The notes below the pieces were generated by a model that saw only the letters and a program-made list of their open reading frames with translations, was not told where the DNA came from and did no database searches. This document shows, piece after piece, positions 1-12,199 of a stretch of 64,000 nucleotides of DNA. The translations under genes were made by a program, and so were the position numbers. This stretch comes from Chiloscyllium plagiosum (taxonomy: Eukaryota). Position 1 is the stretch's first letter; every line of letters starts with the position of its first letter. The DNA lies in NCBI RefSeq assembly GCF_004010195.1, contig NC_057718.1, positions 9,806,872-9,870,871 of the forward strand, written 5' to 3'.

Positions 1-111
1 GAAATTCCTCTCCATCTAAACCTTTAACACTATGGCAGTCCCAGTCGATGTTTGGAAAGTTAAAATCCCCTACCATAACTACCCTATTATTCTTACAGAT
101 AGCTGAGATCT

Positions 112-413
112 CCTTACAAGTTTGTTTCTCAATTTCCCTCTGACTATTGGGGGGGTCTATAAGACAATCCCAATATGGTGACCATACCTTTCTTATTTCT
201 CAGTTCCACCCAAATAACTTCCCTGGATGTATTCCCGGGAATACCCTCCCTCAGCACAGTTGCCTTACAAGTTTGTTTCTCAATTTCCCTCTGACTATTG
301 GGGGGGTCTATAAGACAATCCCAATATGGTGACCATACCTTTCTTATTTCTCAGTTCCACCCAAATAACTTCCCTGGATGTATTCCCGGGAATACCCTCC
401 CTCAGCACAGTTG
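112..413. repeat. Exact 151-bp tandem duplication within the CR1 endonuclease (probable assembly artefact)
   Basis: 112-262 is repeated at 263-413. Confidence 0.85.
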
Positions 414-1987
414 TAATGCTATCCCTTATTAAAAATGCCACTCCCCCTCCTCTCTTGCCTCCCTTTCTCTCCTTCCTGTAGTATTTGTATCCTGGAACAT
501 TAAGCTGCCAGTCCTGCCCATCCCTGAGCCATGTTTCTGTAATTGCTATGATATCCCAGTCCCAAGTTCCTAACCATGTCCTGAGTTCATCTTCCTTCCC
601 TGTTAGGCACTTTGCATTGAAATAAATGCAGCTTAATTTATTTGTCCTACCTTGTCCCTGCCTGCCCTGACTGTTTGTTTGATTCACTTCTGTTCTCAAC
701 TGTACCAGTCTCAGATTGACCTCTTTCCTGACTATCTCCCTGGGTTCCCACCCCCCCAACCTTACTAATTTAAATCCTCCCAAGCAGTTCTAGCAACTTT
801 CCCTGCCAGTATGTTAGTCCCCTTCCAATTTAGGTGCAATCCGTCCTTCTTGTACAGGTCACTTCTATCCCAAAAGAGATTGCAATGATCCAAAAATGTG
901 AATCCTTCTCCCATACACCAGCTCCTCGGCCATCCATTCATCTGCTCTATCCTCCTATTCCTGCCCTCACTCGCTCATAGCACTGGGAGTCATCCAGATA
1001 TTACTACCCTTGAGGACCTCCTTCTTAAATTTCTGCCTCACACTCTGTAATCTCCCTTCAGAATCTCAACCTTTTCCCTTCCTATATTGTTGGTTCCAAT
1101 GTGGACAATGACCTTTTGCTGGCCCCTCTCCCCTGTGAGAACATTCTGCACCCTCTCTGAGACATCCTTGATCCTGGCACGAGGGAAACAACACACCATT
1201 CTGCTTTTTCTCTGCTGGCCACAGAAACATCTGTCCGTACCTTGGACTACAGAATCCTCTAACACAATTGATCTCCTGGAAGCCGACGTACCTGTCATTC
1301 TGAATACCTGAAACTTGGCTGTTCGTGCTACGTTTCCCTGAGAATCCATCATCCCCTACATTTTCCAAAACAGCATACCTGTTTGAAATGGGTATATCCA
1401 CAAAAGACTCCTGCCCTAGGTGCCAACCTCTCTTCCCCTTCCTGGAGTTAACCCATCTATGTGACTGTATCTGAGACTTTCCCCCCTTCCTATAACTGCC
1501 ATCCATCACACACTGTTGCTGTTGCAAATTCCTCATTGCTTCTATCTGTCTCTCCAACTGATCCACTCGATCTGATAAGATTCGCATCCAACAGCATTTA
1601 TGGCAGATATAATCCGCAGTTACCCTTAAACTCTCTTTAAACTCCCACATCTGACAAGAAGTACATATCACTGCAAAGGCCATTTTTGCTCCTTCACAAT
1701 CTACAGACCCAGAAAATAACACCGTCTTATTCCTCTACAAACACTACCCCAGGTTAAATTAATAATTATGGCTTATAGTTTAAGTTTAATCAAGAGACAT
1801 ATCTCCAAAAACATATAATCAAGAAAGAATCCACTATAATCACTAGTGCAGCCTTTCTCTTGGACAGACTTAAAACAATGATTAATTTATCTGATTCTGT
1901 GCTGTGAACTTCGCCCAACAGTTCCTCCAAGATTAGTTGTGAATTNNNNNNNNNNNNNNNNNNNNNNNNNNNNNNNNNNNNNNNNNN

Positions 1988-2372
1988 TTCTGAAATGCTC
2001 CTGATGTATGGTAGTGTGGCTAGTCCTTTGGGTTGCGGCATGTCCTCGTTCCGTTGTCTTTCTCTTCGGCATCTGTTGATGAAATTGCGCGGGTATCTGT
2101 TTTTGGCGAATACCTTGTATAGGTGTTCCTCTTCCTCTTTTTGCAGTTCTGGTGTGAAAGCAACCACCCCAACACACACAAACGAAGTTGCATCAAGACA
2201 CTATTCAAAAGGGCCACAACACACTGCAGCACACCAGGGACAGGCCACTATAAATGCCGGAGGGAACACCACAGAAGCGCTTCACAGGAGGCTCCCAAGC
2301 ACTGAGGATGTCATCTAGACAGGGGACGAAACGTTTGCAACAAAAATTTCCAGCTCGGCGAACAAAACCACA
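1988..2372. mobile_element. Penelope-like element fragment (family C), internally inverted
   Basis: Minus strand encodes EEEEHLYKVFAKNRYPRNFINRC..ATLPYIRSISE and plus strand encodes SNHPNTHKRSCIKTLFKRATTHCST (PLE RT C-terminal region). These are followed by the same terminal sequence as 44380-44504. Confidence 0.85.
2299..2338 (+). ncRNA. Minimal type-I hammerhead ribozyme motif (family C)
   Basis: GCA-CTGAGGA-T-GTC..GAC-GAAA-CG-TT-TGC; stem I GCA/TGC; palindromic ACGT stem III. Confidence 0.75.
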
Positions 2373-3114
2373 TCTCTTTAAACTCCCACATCTGACAAGA
2401 AGTACATATCACTGCAAAGGCCATTTTTGCTCCTTCACGATCTACAGACACAGAAAATAACACCATCTTATTCCTCTACAAAAAACTGCACCAGTTAAAT
2501 TAATAGCTATGGCTTATATTTTAAGTTTAATCAAGAGACGTATCTCCAAAAACATATAATCAAGAAAGAACCCACTGTACTCACTAATACAGCCTTTCTC
2601 TTGGACAGACTTAAAACAACAATTAACTTATCTGATTCTGTATGGTGAACTTCGCCCAAACCGGTTCCTCCAAGATTAGTTGTGAATTTCACTGTTTGTT
2701 AATTTTCCCAGATGCACTCCGATGTCCAGCGACACATGAATTCAAAAACAGCAAAGGCAATAACTGTGCAGGTTCGTTTTTTTTTTTTCTCTCTCTCTCT
2801 CTCCTGCACTGCCCTCACAATGTGCTTCCTTTGTCTGCTCTTCTCCCTTTTAAAACTGCTGTTGTTTTGACTTTTTTTTTTCCAAAGTTCCAAAACAATG
2901 CAACAGCGTATAAAACAGTAATTACTGCTCCTGGAATTCGAGGAAATTACTTCCAGCACCTAAAATATCTCAAAAAAGGAGCAGCTCTTGCAGCCAGAAA
3001 ATTTTCCCGTCCTCCATCTTGGATTACCCAGAATGATTGAACAAAAATTTCTCCCGCTTTACTATGTGCAATTGGCATGTGTTGGGAGGATTTTCGAGTT
3101 TATGCTTGATCAAA

Positions 3115-3720
3115 AGACCATTAATGTAGGAGCAGAAGTAGATAATTCAGCTAATTGAGACTGCTCTGCCATTCAGTGAGATCATAGTTGATATGATAAT
3201 CATCTACTCCACGTTTATGCCTTTTCCCTATAGGTCTTGATTCCCTTACTGATTAAAAATCTATCAACTCAGCCTTAAATATACTTATTGATCCAGCCTT
3301 GACAATCTTCTGTGGTAAAACTTTCCACAGATTCACTACTGTCTCAGAGAAGAAATTCATTCCTCATCTCTATCTTAAATGTGCGACCCCTTGAACTTAG
3401 GTTATTCCCTCTGGCCCTAGACTCTCCCAGAAGGGGAAGCAGTCTCTCCACAGCATCCAAGAATCTTAAATGTTTCATTAAGGTCACCACTTGTTCTTCT
3501 CAACTCCAATGAATATAGGCCCAACCTACTCAACCTCTCCTCTTAAGAAAATCCCTCTATACCGAGGATCAACCTCAGGAGCCTCTTCTGGACTGCCTCC
3601 AATGCCAGCATATCTTTCCTCAGATAAGGGGACCAAAACTAATCATGATATTCTAGGTGTGGTCTGACTTGTGCCTTTTATATTTTAGAAAGACCTTCCT
3701 ACTTTTATACACCATTTCTT
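3115..3720 (-). mobile_element. Old CR1 3' fragment
   Basis: Degenerate reverse-complement match to the RT C-terminus and 3'UTR of other CR1 copies in the window. Confidence 0.7.
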
Positions 3721-4491
3721 TTGTTTCAATCTATTTGTGCATGTTATGAATGCACCATCCTTGGCCAGAACGAATGCTCCAGTGGCAAGCACTTGACTGA
3801 ATGCATCACAAAAGCCCTTTTAAAGATAGCTGTAGGCATCCCTATATAATTCTAAATACTTTTGACATTTATGTTTTTCCCTTTCCTTCCTACCTTTTCT
3901 GTTGCTTTCTTGTGTTGTCAGTCTCTGAGGACAAACCCAATCGGGCAATATATAAGCTAAGGCCTGGCAGTAATCTAGGCCATTATTGATGGTTGGTCCA
4001 TGAACCTGTATTACTAATAGGACCCAGTAAAGAGACTTGCAACTGGGGAGGGTGGATGAGAATTCTTCCTGCTCCGGTCCAAATAAAAAAATACCACTCA
4101 GAATTTGTCCGCATGTGCCATGTGCTGACAAACTGTTGAGTTTGGAAGAAAGTGCCTTTCGTGGCCTTCAGAAATCTTAAGCACTTTAAAGCCATTGAAC
4201 TACTTTTAGAATGTAATTACTATTGTATTGTAGGGAAATATGGCAACTGATTGGAACGCTCCCAGAAACTGCAATAATTTGAGTAAATCATCTGCTCTAC
4301 TGATATTGTTTGATGAGTATAAACAGTAGCCAGGACACTGGGGAGATGACAAGAATGAAGGAAGTGGATATTGTCTACATGGACTTTAGTAAGGCATTTA
4401 ATGGTACCTCATGGCAGACTGGTACAGAAGGTAAATTCTCATGGGATCCGGGGTGTGCTGGCCAGATGGATGCAGAACTGGCTTGGTCATA

Positions 4492-4661
4492 TAATCAATC
4501 AAAAATCAGATGACATCGGGTTATAGTCCAACAGGTTTATTTGAAACCACAAGCTTTTGGAGCCCCCACTCCTTGCGGTTTCAAATAAACTTGTTGAACT
4601 ATAACCCGGTGTCATGTGATTTTTGACTGTGCACTCCAGTCCAACACTGGCACCTCTACAT
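4492..4661 (+). mobile_element. Fold-back mini-element, family B (putative PLE pseudo-LTR)
   Basis: Imperfect inverted arms plus an unpaired 3' tail. TSD cttggtcata at 4482-4491 and 4662-4671. It splits the CR1 RT at NWLGH|RRQRV. Confidence 0.85.
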
Positions 4662-4833
4662 CTTGGTCATAGAAGACAGAGAGTAGTGGTGGAAGGGTGC
4701 TTTTTGGAGTGGAGATCAATAACTTGTGGTATTCCACAGGGATCAGTATTGGGACCTTTATTCTTTGTAAGATATATAAATGTGTTTTTGAAAGAAAAAA
4801 ATCATTGGGGTTGGTTAGCTTAGTTAGCTGGGT

Positions 4834-5037
4834 TGAAACTTTATTGCTGGAACAGCACAGCAGGTCAGGCAGCATCCAGGGAACAGGAGATTCGACGTTT
4901 CGGGCACAGGCCCTTCTTCAGGCCTGTGCCCGAAACGTCGAATCTCCTGTTCCCTGGATGCTGCCTGACCTGCTGTGCTGTTCCAGCAATAAAGTTTCAA
5001 CTTTGATCTCCAGCATCTGCAGACCTCACTTTCTCCT
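4834..5037 (+). mobile_element. Fold-back mini-element, family A (PLE pseudo-LTR)
   Basis: Perfect 81-bp inverted arms (4832-4912 and 4921-5001), 8-nt spacer, ~36-nt tail. 15-bp TSD cttagttagctgggt at 4819-4833 and 5038-5052. Confidence 0.92.
4890..4922 (-). ncRNA. Minimal hammerhead motif (family A)
   Basis: Reverse complement reads C-CTGAAGA-A-GGGC-CTGT-GCCC-GAAA-CG-TC-GAAT; the 5' strand of stem I is truncated by the inversion. Confidence 0.7.
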
Positions 5038-6944
5038 CTTAGTTAGCTGGGTGCCTGCTTTGTGTTGAGTGACATAAATGATCTGGAGGAAAATGTAAGT
5101 TTGTTTCTGACACCAAAACTGGTGGAGTTGCAGACAGTGAGGAGGCTTGTCTAAGGATACAGTGGGATATAGACAAATTGTACGTTTGGGCAGAGAATTG
5201 ACAACTGGAGTTTAAATGCAAGGTGATCCATTTTGGAAGGTCAAATTCAGATGCAAATTATGCAATAAATGGCAGAATCCTTAGGAGCATTGACATAAAA
5301 AGGGATCTGGGTGTATAGATCCACAGATCCCTGAAAATGGTAATACAGGTGGATTAGGTGGTCAAGGACACGTGCAGCATGATTACCTTCATTGGTCAGG
5401 GCTTTGAATGTAAAAGTTGGCAAGATATGTCACAGCTGTGTAAACCTTAATGAGGCCACATTTAGAATATTGTGTGCAGTTCTGGTTATTGCACTACCAG
5501 AAGGATGTGGATGCTTTGGAGAGAGTGCAGAGAAGATTTACCAGGATGTTGCCTGGTCCGAATGGTTTTAGGAATGAGGAGAGGTTGGATGAACTCTGAT
5601 TGTTTTCACTGGAAAGATGAAGGCTGAGAGGCGACCTGATAGAGGCTTTCAAAATTAAAAGAGGCCTAGATAGAGTGGATAGTCAGAGGCTTTTTCCCAG
5701 GTTACAAGAGGGCAGTTTCAAGGTGAGAGAGGGAAAGTTTAGGGGAGAAATGCAGGGAAAACATTTTACATAGAGAATGGTGAGTGCCTGACGCACTGCC
5801 AGTGGAGGTGGTGGAAGCAGGCATGTTAGCAACATTTAAGATGTATCCTGATAGACACGTGAACAGAGGGATAGAAATCGCATATGGGCAAAAAGTAGTG
5901 GGTCTAAATAAAGAATAGGAATCAGCGCAGACTTGGTGGGCCAAAGGGCCTGTTCCTGTTCCATTTTGTATTGTATTGTAACTCTCCTGGTTTTCTTCAA
6001 AATTTTATAACTGCCTGAGGTGAAAGATGAAGTTTCAGTGAAAGATGGCACCTCTGACATTGCTGCACTCGAATGTCACCATACATTTTGTACTCAACTC
6101 TGGCATGGAACTTAACCTTCTGCTACTCACTGAGCCAACTAATATTAGCTCATTAAAGTCGGTGGTCCCCTGGTCCTGACTCTTGCCAATCATCTGCTTA
6201 AATGTCCTCAACTTAAGAATATGAACTTTGTCCATATAGAATGTAGCATGTCACACCAGAAATTTGGCAGGATACCTTTGTCACTTAATTTGGAGACTTG
6301 TATGATGCTTTATCATAGGTAAAATTTTAAAAATGTTGGATGACTTGCTAATTGAAACATGCCAAGACACAGCTTTCCTATTGCCAGGAACTCTCCACCA
6401 CCCTAGCCCACAGGACTGTCCTTAACATAAGCCCAGGGAGTAGAAAGCTGTTTGATCTCCTGTGCGAGTGATCATTGAGCTCTATTCATGTTCTTGCCCG
6501 GCAACAACATATGTGTAACTTCTGGTATTGACATTGGATACCGATCACGAACAGGAATTTTGGCTATTTTGCCCCTTACAACTAAGCCATTAGTGGTCTT
6601 TGAACCACTGTCCAGAAATAAAGAAACAAAAAAAATGGACCATTATTGTTTTGCTGGAAAAAAAGACACATTTTGTCAATTTTTTTAATTTTACACTCAT
6701 CAGGGCATCCACAAGATCACTAATTTAAAGGGAACAAAATCTATTCTGTATAGTAAAGTAGTGTTTGGTACAGGTATTGCAATGGAAAATACACCAGTGA
6801 GATGATGGCTGACAGTTAACTGATAAGCTTTGTTTAGAACTAAACCATACAGGTTGTTGGTTATCAATTATAACTTATTGGTTGAAGTGTTGCAGTCCTC
6901 CACATGGCAATGTCTGCACGAGTGAGTAACATATGCTGTAAGCT

Positions 6945-7220
6945 TTGGTTCAATGGGTAGTGCTGTTGCTTCTGAGTCAGAACATTAAGGATGTACATGA
7001 CACTCTGTGGCCTTGAACACAATATTAGCTAACATCCCAGTGCAGTACTGAGGGGGAGCTGCACAGTCGGTACTACTAATATTCAGGTAAGAAGTTAAAT
7101 TAAAGCCCACAGACTGCCTTCTTAGGTACACATAAAAGTTCCCTCATTGCTGTTTTGTAAAGCAGGGGAGTTTGTTCACCTAAATAATCCAATCAATATT
7201 ACATCACTGTATGTGGGAAC
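6945..7220 (+). mobile_element. Old tRNA-derived SINE (DeuSINE/SacSINE-like). Similar relics near 9700, 27140, 30880, 40420, 59960
   Basis: Degenerate tRNA-like head and shared core cccagtgcagtactgaggg..gctgcac. Family name from recall. Confidence 0.55.
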
Positions 7221-7224
7221 TTAT

Positions 7225-7575
7225 AGAAATAGAATCCCTGCAGTGCAAAAAATAAGCTATTTGGCCCAACACGTCCACACTGACCCTCTAAAGAGTAACC
7301 CACCCAGACCCATTCCCCGTACCCTTTACTCTACACTTATGCCTGACTAATGCTCCTAACCTACACCTGAACACTATGGGCAATTTAGCATGGTCAATTC
7401 ACCTAACCTGCACATCTTTGGATTCTGCAAGGAAACCTACATACTCAGAGAAAACCTATGCCCACACGGGGAGGATGTGCAAACTCCACACAGACAGTCT
7501 CCTGAGGCTGGAATTGTACCCAGATCCCTGGCGCTGTGAGGCAGCAATGCTAACACTGAGCCACCGTGCTGCCCT
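7225..7575 (-). mobile_element. HE1-like V-SINE
   Basis: Reverse complement ggcagcacggtggctcagtgttagc head, V-domain tgtggagtttgcacatcctccccgtg, CR1-like tail. Confidence 0.85.
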
Positions 7576-7749
7576 TACTGTCCTTACCGTACTGCCCTTA
7601 CAAATTGGCTGCCATGCTTTTTTTCCATTACAACAGTTACTATCTTTCAAAAAAAGTATTATAGAACATTTTGAGATATCCAGGGAATGTGAAAAGTACT
7701 ACACAGTATAAGTACAAGCCCTTTTACTGAAGGTGCAAATTAGCCCAAC

Positions 7750-8108
7750 TTTTTTTATTCATTCATGGGATGAGGGTGTTGCTGACTCAGCATTTATTGC
7801 CCATCCCTAATTGCCCAGAGGGCAGTTGAGATTCAACCATGTTGCTGTGGGCCTGGAGTCATATGTAGTCCACATCAGTTAAGAATGGTAGATTTCCTTT
7901 CCTAGAGGGCATTAGTGGACCAGATGGATTTTTCTGACAATCAGCAATGGTTTCGTGCTCATCATTAGACTCTTACTCCATGACTTTTTAAAAATTGAAT
8001 TCAAATTCACCATCTGCCAGGGTGGGATTCAAACCCAGGCTGCCAGAACATTACTGGAGTACCTAAATTAACAGTCCAGTAATAATACCACTGGGCCTTC
8101 GCCTCCTC
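7750..8108. mobile_element. Old dispersed repeat (LINE-3'-derived; tttattcattcatgggatg terminus)
   Basis: The same terminus recurs near 32235, 34865, 46400, 50355 and 61605. Confidence 0.6.
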
Positions 8109-9904
8109 TAAAACATTAGCTGCAATTTAAGCATCTTGTTTTAGAACTCTCCTTTTAACACATTTCACTGCTGTAGAAAATTAGCTCTCAATCATTTGAG
8201 CGAAATAAAATCTGTTAAAATCCATAAAATTTTACAGTCCTTCAGTATAAACTATGCTATAATAAAAAAAAACTAATTGCAAATATAATGGACCAGATGC
8301 ACATGTGGATTTTCTTATCAATTTTACCGACCCAATTAAACTGTAAAAAACCCCAGGGTAGTGTGGTTAGTGATGACACTCATCTTTTCATTTGATAGCT
8401 TTTTCCTGCCTTATTATTAGTACAAGACCTCACTGGTGGTAAAACTTCCAGATTAGATATATTATTTATCAAGCTTCATCTTGAAGAATCATTTTTACAA
8501 TGAATCGTTATGGCTTTTTCAAATACCAAATCAAGCAATATGCTGACCAGATGTCTTATTCGGAGTGTGAGCATATTCACGAAGTTTTGTACCAGTTCTG
8601 TGATGTACTATTCTGCTCCCAGATTTGAACCCTCATCCACTCTTGTGATACATTTGGCTTTTTTTTTCCAGTCAACCTCTTACTGGCCTCCTGAACTCTT
8701 ACATCAACTTATCCAAATATCTACAGTCCTAAGCCTAGCCCCAATCATAAAGCACATAAGGAGGCAATTTATTCCATTGTACCTGTGTTGGTTCTCTAAT
8801 AAACTTATCTAATTAGTTCCTCTCCCCTCCTAACCTTTCTCCATTGTTATAGAAAGATCTCTTTTTACAGTTATTTCTAATTCTCTTCTGAGCATTTCTG
8901 TTAAATCTGCTTCCAAAACCTCTTTCAGTTGGTACATTCCAAATCATAACTCACTGCAATACTTTTAAATCCTCATCTCTCTTCTGGTACTTCTGCCAGT
9001 TATCTTACACTTATATCTTCTCATTCCTGATTTTCCTGTCTGTAGAAACTGTTTTCTCTTATTTATTCTATCAAACCCATTTTAAAATCTCCCTTAATTC
9101 CTTATCTGGTCTAAAAGGTCCCTTATGCCATGTGCCTGCCCTGCTCCTCTATCATCCTCAACGTGCCAAAGACACACTGACCACAGCCACACTGCTCTCC
9201 CACATGTAAACCCTACCATGATCTTGAGGCACACTGCTACCATTTCCAGCGTTCTATTTCCCTCCCCAAATGCTGGTCACCCCATCCTTGTCTGCTTTAT
9301 GTTCCCACGCCCTTCCATTTCACATGAGCAAGGGAACACTTTTTTTCAAGTCCTTCAATCTTGCTACATCTGTCCTCAACTTCAGAATCCTTTCGAAAAC
9401 CATTTTGCTGTCAGTCATTTCTCTTCCTGCACAAGTCTAATTTCCAGTTTTCTGAAATGTCTCTGGACGATTTTGCTGTATTGAAGAACTCTTTCAGTTC
9501 AATGGTAATTTCTTAGTTTATCTGATCTCAGACTATACTGGTTTGCAGTAAACCGACAATCCCTGTGTCACCACAGAGAAAACTCAAGAAAACTCTAGTT
9601 TTAGCATTTGAAATGTCACAATAGTACAGTAGTAAGTGCTTTTTCATGTTTGGGTTTAAGTGAAGCAGAGATAAGGTATGTTTACAACTGTTAGCCATGG
9701 CTCAGTTGATAACGCTCATCTTAGGTTGTGGGTTTGAACCCCAGCCCAGAGAAATGAACTCAAAATCTTGGCTGATCCCCTTCAGCACTGTTGTAAGTAA
9801 TGTCTTTCAAACAAAACTTTTCAGCTGCCCAATATTCATCCTTCAACCAACATTATTAAAAAGAACAAATGATTTGTCTCATTTGTAAATACTGAAGAAA
9901 AATA

Positions 9905-11356
9905 CTCAGATAGGAGAGGTCTTGAATGAGTACTTTTCTTCAGTATTTACAAATGAGAGGGACCATATTGTTGAAGAGGAGAGTATGAAACGGACTGGTA
10001 AGCTAGAGGAGATACATGTTAGGAAGGAAGATGTGTTGGGCATTTTGAAAAACTTCAGGACAGACAAGTCCCCCGGGCCTGACGGGATATATCCTAGGAG
10101 TATGTGGGAAGCAAGAGAGGAAATTGCAGAACTGTTGGCGATGATCTTTTCATCTTCACTGTCAACGGGGGTGGTACCAGGGGACTGGAGAGTGGCNNNN
10201 NNNNNNNNNNNNNNNNNNNNNNNNNNNNNNNNNNNNNNNNNNNNNNNNNNNNNNNNNNNNNNNNNNNNNNNNNNNNNNNNNNNNNNNNNNNNNNNNNNNN
10301 NNNNNNNNNNNNNNNNNNNNNNNNNNNNNNNNNNNNNNNNNNNNNNNNNNNNNNNNNNNNNNNNNNNNNNNNNNNNNNNNNNNNNNNNNNNNNNNNNNNN
10401 NNNNNNNNNNNNNNNNNNNNNNNNNNNNNNNNNNNNNNNNNNNNNNNNNNNNNNNNNNNNNNNNNNNNNNNNNNNNNNNNNNNNNNNNNNNNNNNNNNNN
10501 NNNNNNNNNNNNNNNNNNNNNNNNNNNNNNNNNNNNNNNNNNNNNNNNNNNNNNNNNNNNNNNNNNNNNNNNNNNNNNNNNNNNNNNNNNNNNNNNNNNN
10601 NNNNNNNNNNNNNNNNNNNNNNNNNNNNNNNNNNNNNNNNNNNNNNNNNNNNNNNNNNNNNNNNNNNNNNNNNNNNNNNNNNNNNNNNNNNNNNNNNNNN
10701 NNNNNNNNNNNNNNNNNNNNNNNNNNNNNNNNNNNNNNNNNNNNNNNNNNNNNNNNNNNNNNNNNNNNNNNNNNNNNNNNNNNNNNNNNNNNNNNNNNNN
10801 NNNNNNNNNNNNNNNNNNNNNNNNNNNNNNNNNNNNNNNNNNNNNNNNNNNNNNTTGGTGTACTGTGTGCAGTTCTGGTCGCCTCATTTTAGGAAAGATG
10901 TGGAAGCTTTGGGGAGGGTGCAGAGAAGATTTACCAGGATGTTGCCTGGAATGGAGAATAGGTCGTACGAGGATAGGTTGAGAGTGCTAGGCCTTTTCTC
11001 ATTGGAACGGAGAAGGATGAGGGGTGACTTGATAGAGGTTTATAAGATGATTAGGGGAATAGATAGAGTAGACAGTCAGAGACTTTTTTCCCGGGTACAA
11101 CAGAGTATTACAAGGGGACATAAATTTAAGGTGAAGGGTGGAAGGTATGACGGGATGTCAGGGGTAGGTTCTTTACTCAGAGAGTGGTGGGGGCATGGAA
11201 TGCGCTGCCTGTGGGAGTGGCAGAGTCAGAATCATTGGTGACCTTTAAGCGGCAATTGGATAGGTACATGAATGGGTACTTAAACTAGGACAAATGTTTG
11301 GCACAACATCGTGGGCCGAAGGGCCTGTTCTGTGTTGTATTGTTCTATGTTCTATG
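9905..11356 (+). mobile_element. 5'-truncated CR1 LINE spanning an assembly gap (N 10197-10854)
   Basis: LNEYFSSVFT..KSPGPDGIYPR before the gap and [18 protein letters not shown] after it; tail tgttctatgttctatg. Confidence 0.93.
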
Positions 11357-11390
11357 AAGTCATTACCTCATGACTGTTAATCGGGGCTTG

Positions 11391-12020
11391 TGTTATGGAC
11401 CGGCCAGACCCCCTCAAAACATTTCAAGAATGTGGCCCAGACCCTAATTTTGCGAGTTGTTTTAAGCAGATGAACGGCGGATATTCCAGGAATGATGCAG
11501 CTAGTCAACCCATTTAGTTATAAACAACACAGAATTTGTTTTCAAGGTTACTGAATGAATCACAAACAAATGAGAACAGAATACAGAATAACTTAATGTA
11601 TCCAAAAACCCAACAGATTATCCCAACGTAATGATGCTGTTCCAAATACTTGTAACAATTCCTATAAATATTTCTTGGCACAAAAGGTCAAATCAAACAC
11701 AGGGCCTTATAGGAGAGATGTCAGAAAGAGAGTACCAGCATGGACCTGCTTCTTTGGGTCCAGCAGCTTCAGAACAGTACTGTGTTAAAACCAAACCAAA
11801 CCAGAGAAAAGCTGACTTGAGAGAACTGGCCATTCCTCTTTCATTGTACAAGCGTTTTTTTTTAAACTTGAAAGCCTTTTGTCTCAGGTAATATCTGTTA
11901 GCGATAATCAAACTGGCCCTAAAACCCTTTCACTTAGACTTTTTGGAGTCTGTGTCTTTTACGACCCTGAAACAAAATTCAAGGACAACATAACCTTGTT
12001 AAAGGAGCAGCATTGTCATG
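11391..12020. mobile_element. Solo LTR (Ty3/gypsy-like)
   Basis: Starts TGTTA. 4-bp TSD cttg at 11387-11390 and 12021-12024. Both ends are similar, in reverse complement, to the LTR at 35657-36900. Confidence 0.75.
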
Positions 12021-12199
12021 CTTGTAGCGCATATATTAACTGCTATGTATATACATTACAACAGCAACTAAACTTCACAAGTACTGCATTGGCTATAACA
12101 TGCTCTGGGTGCAATATATAAATGTAAGTTAATGTCTTTCTTTACTAATCTATTATATAATGATTCAATAGTCCTTGATAGTGACAACGGTGTCAAATA

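Larger units (their letters stand above)
1..3035 (-). mobile_element. CR1-clade LINE 5' half: 5'UTR, disrupted ORF1 (Cys knuckle, coiled coil, SGNH esterase-like) and ORF2 APE endonuclease start
   Basis: ORF 1722-1066 has CTSCQMW..CHKC and a coiled coil. ORF 1352-1038 has IVLEDSVVQG and VHIGTNN (degenerate GDS/GTND esterase motifs). ORF 783-295 has YFNAKCL..DIIAITETWL..GGGVAFLIR..YRPP (APE). Frameshifted. Confidence 0.92.
4350..5980 (+). mobile_element. Decayed CR1 RT-3'UTR fragment with nested insertions
   Basis: VDIVYMDFSKAF, RRQRVVVEG and GIPQGSVLGPLFF, plus the CR1 3' end ggtgggccaaagggcctgttcct. Confidence 0.9.

Noticed and set aside
4832..5001. Palindromes as MITE/DNA transposons, terminators or CRISPR-like repeats
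   Set aside because: The asymmetric tail, long variable TSDs and identity to PLE 3' ends show a retroelement origin; there is no spacer array and the context is eukaryotic.
9922..11241. Long ORFs of 240-440 aa (also 54749-55627)
   Set aside because: Their length is due to N-runs; the real residues are CR1 or PLE fragments.
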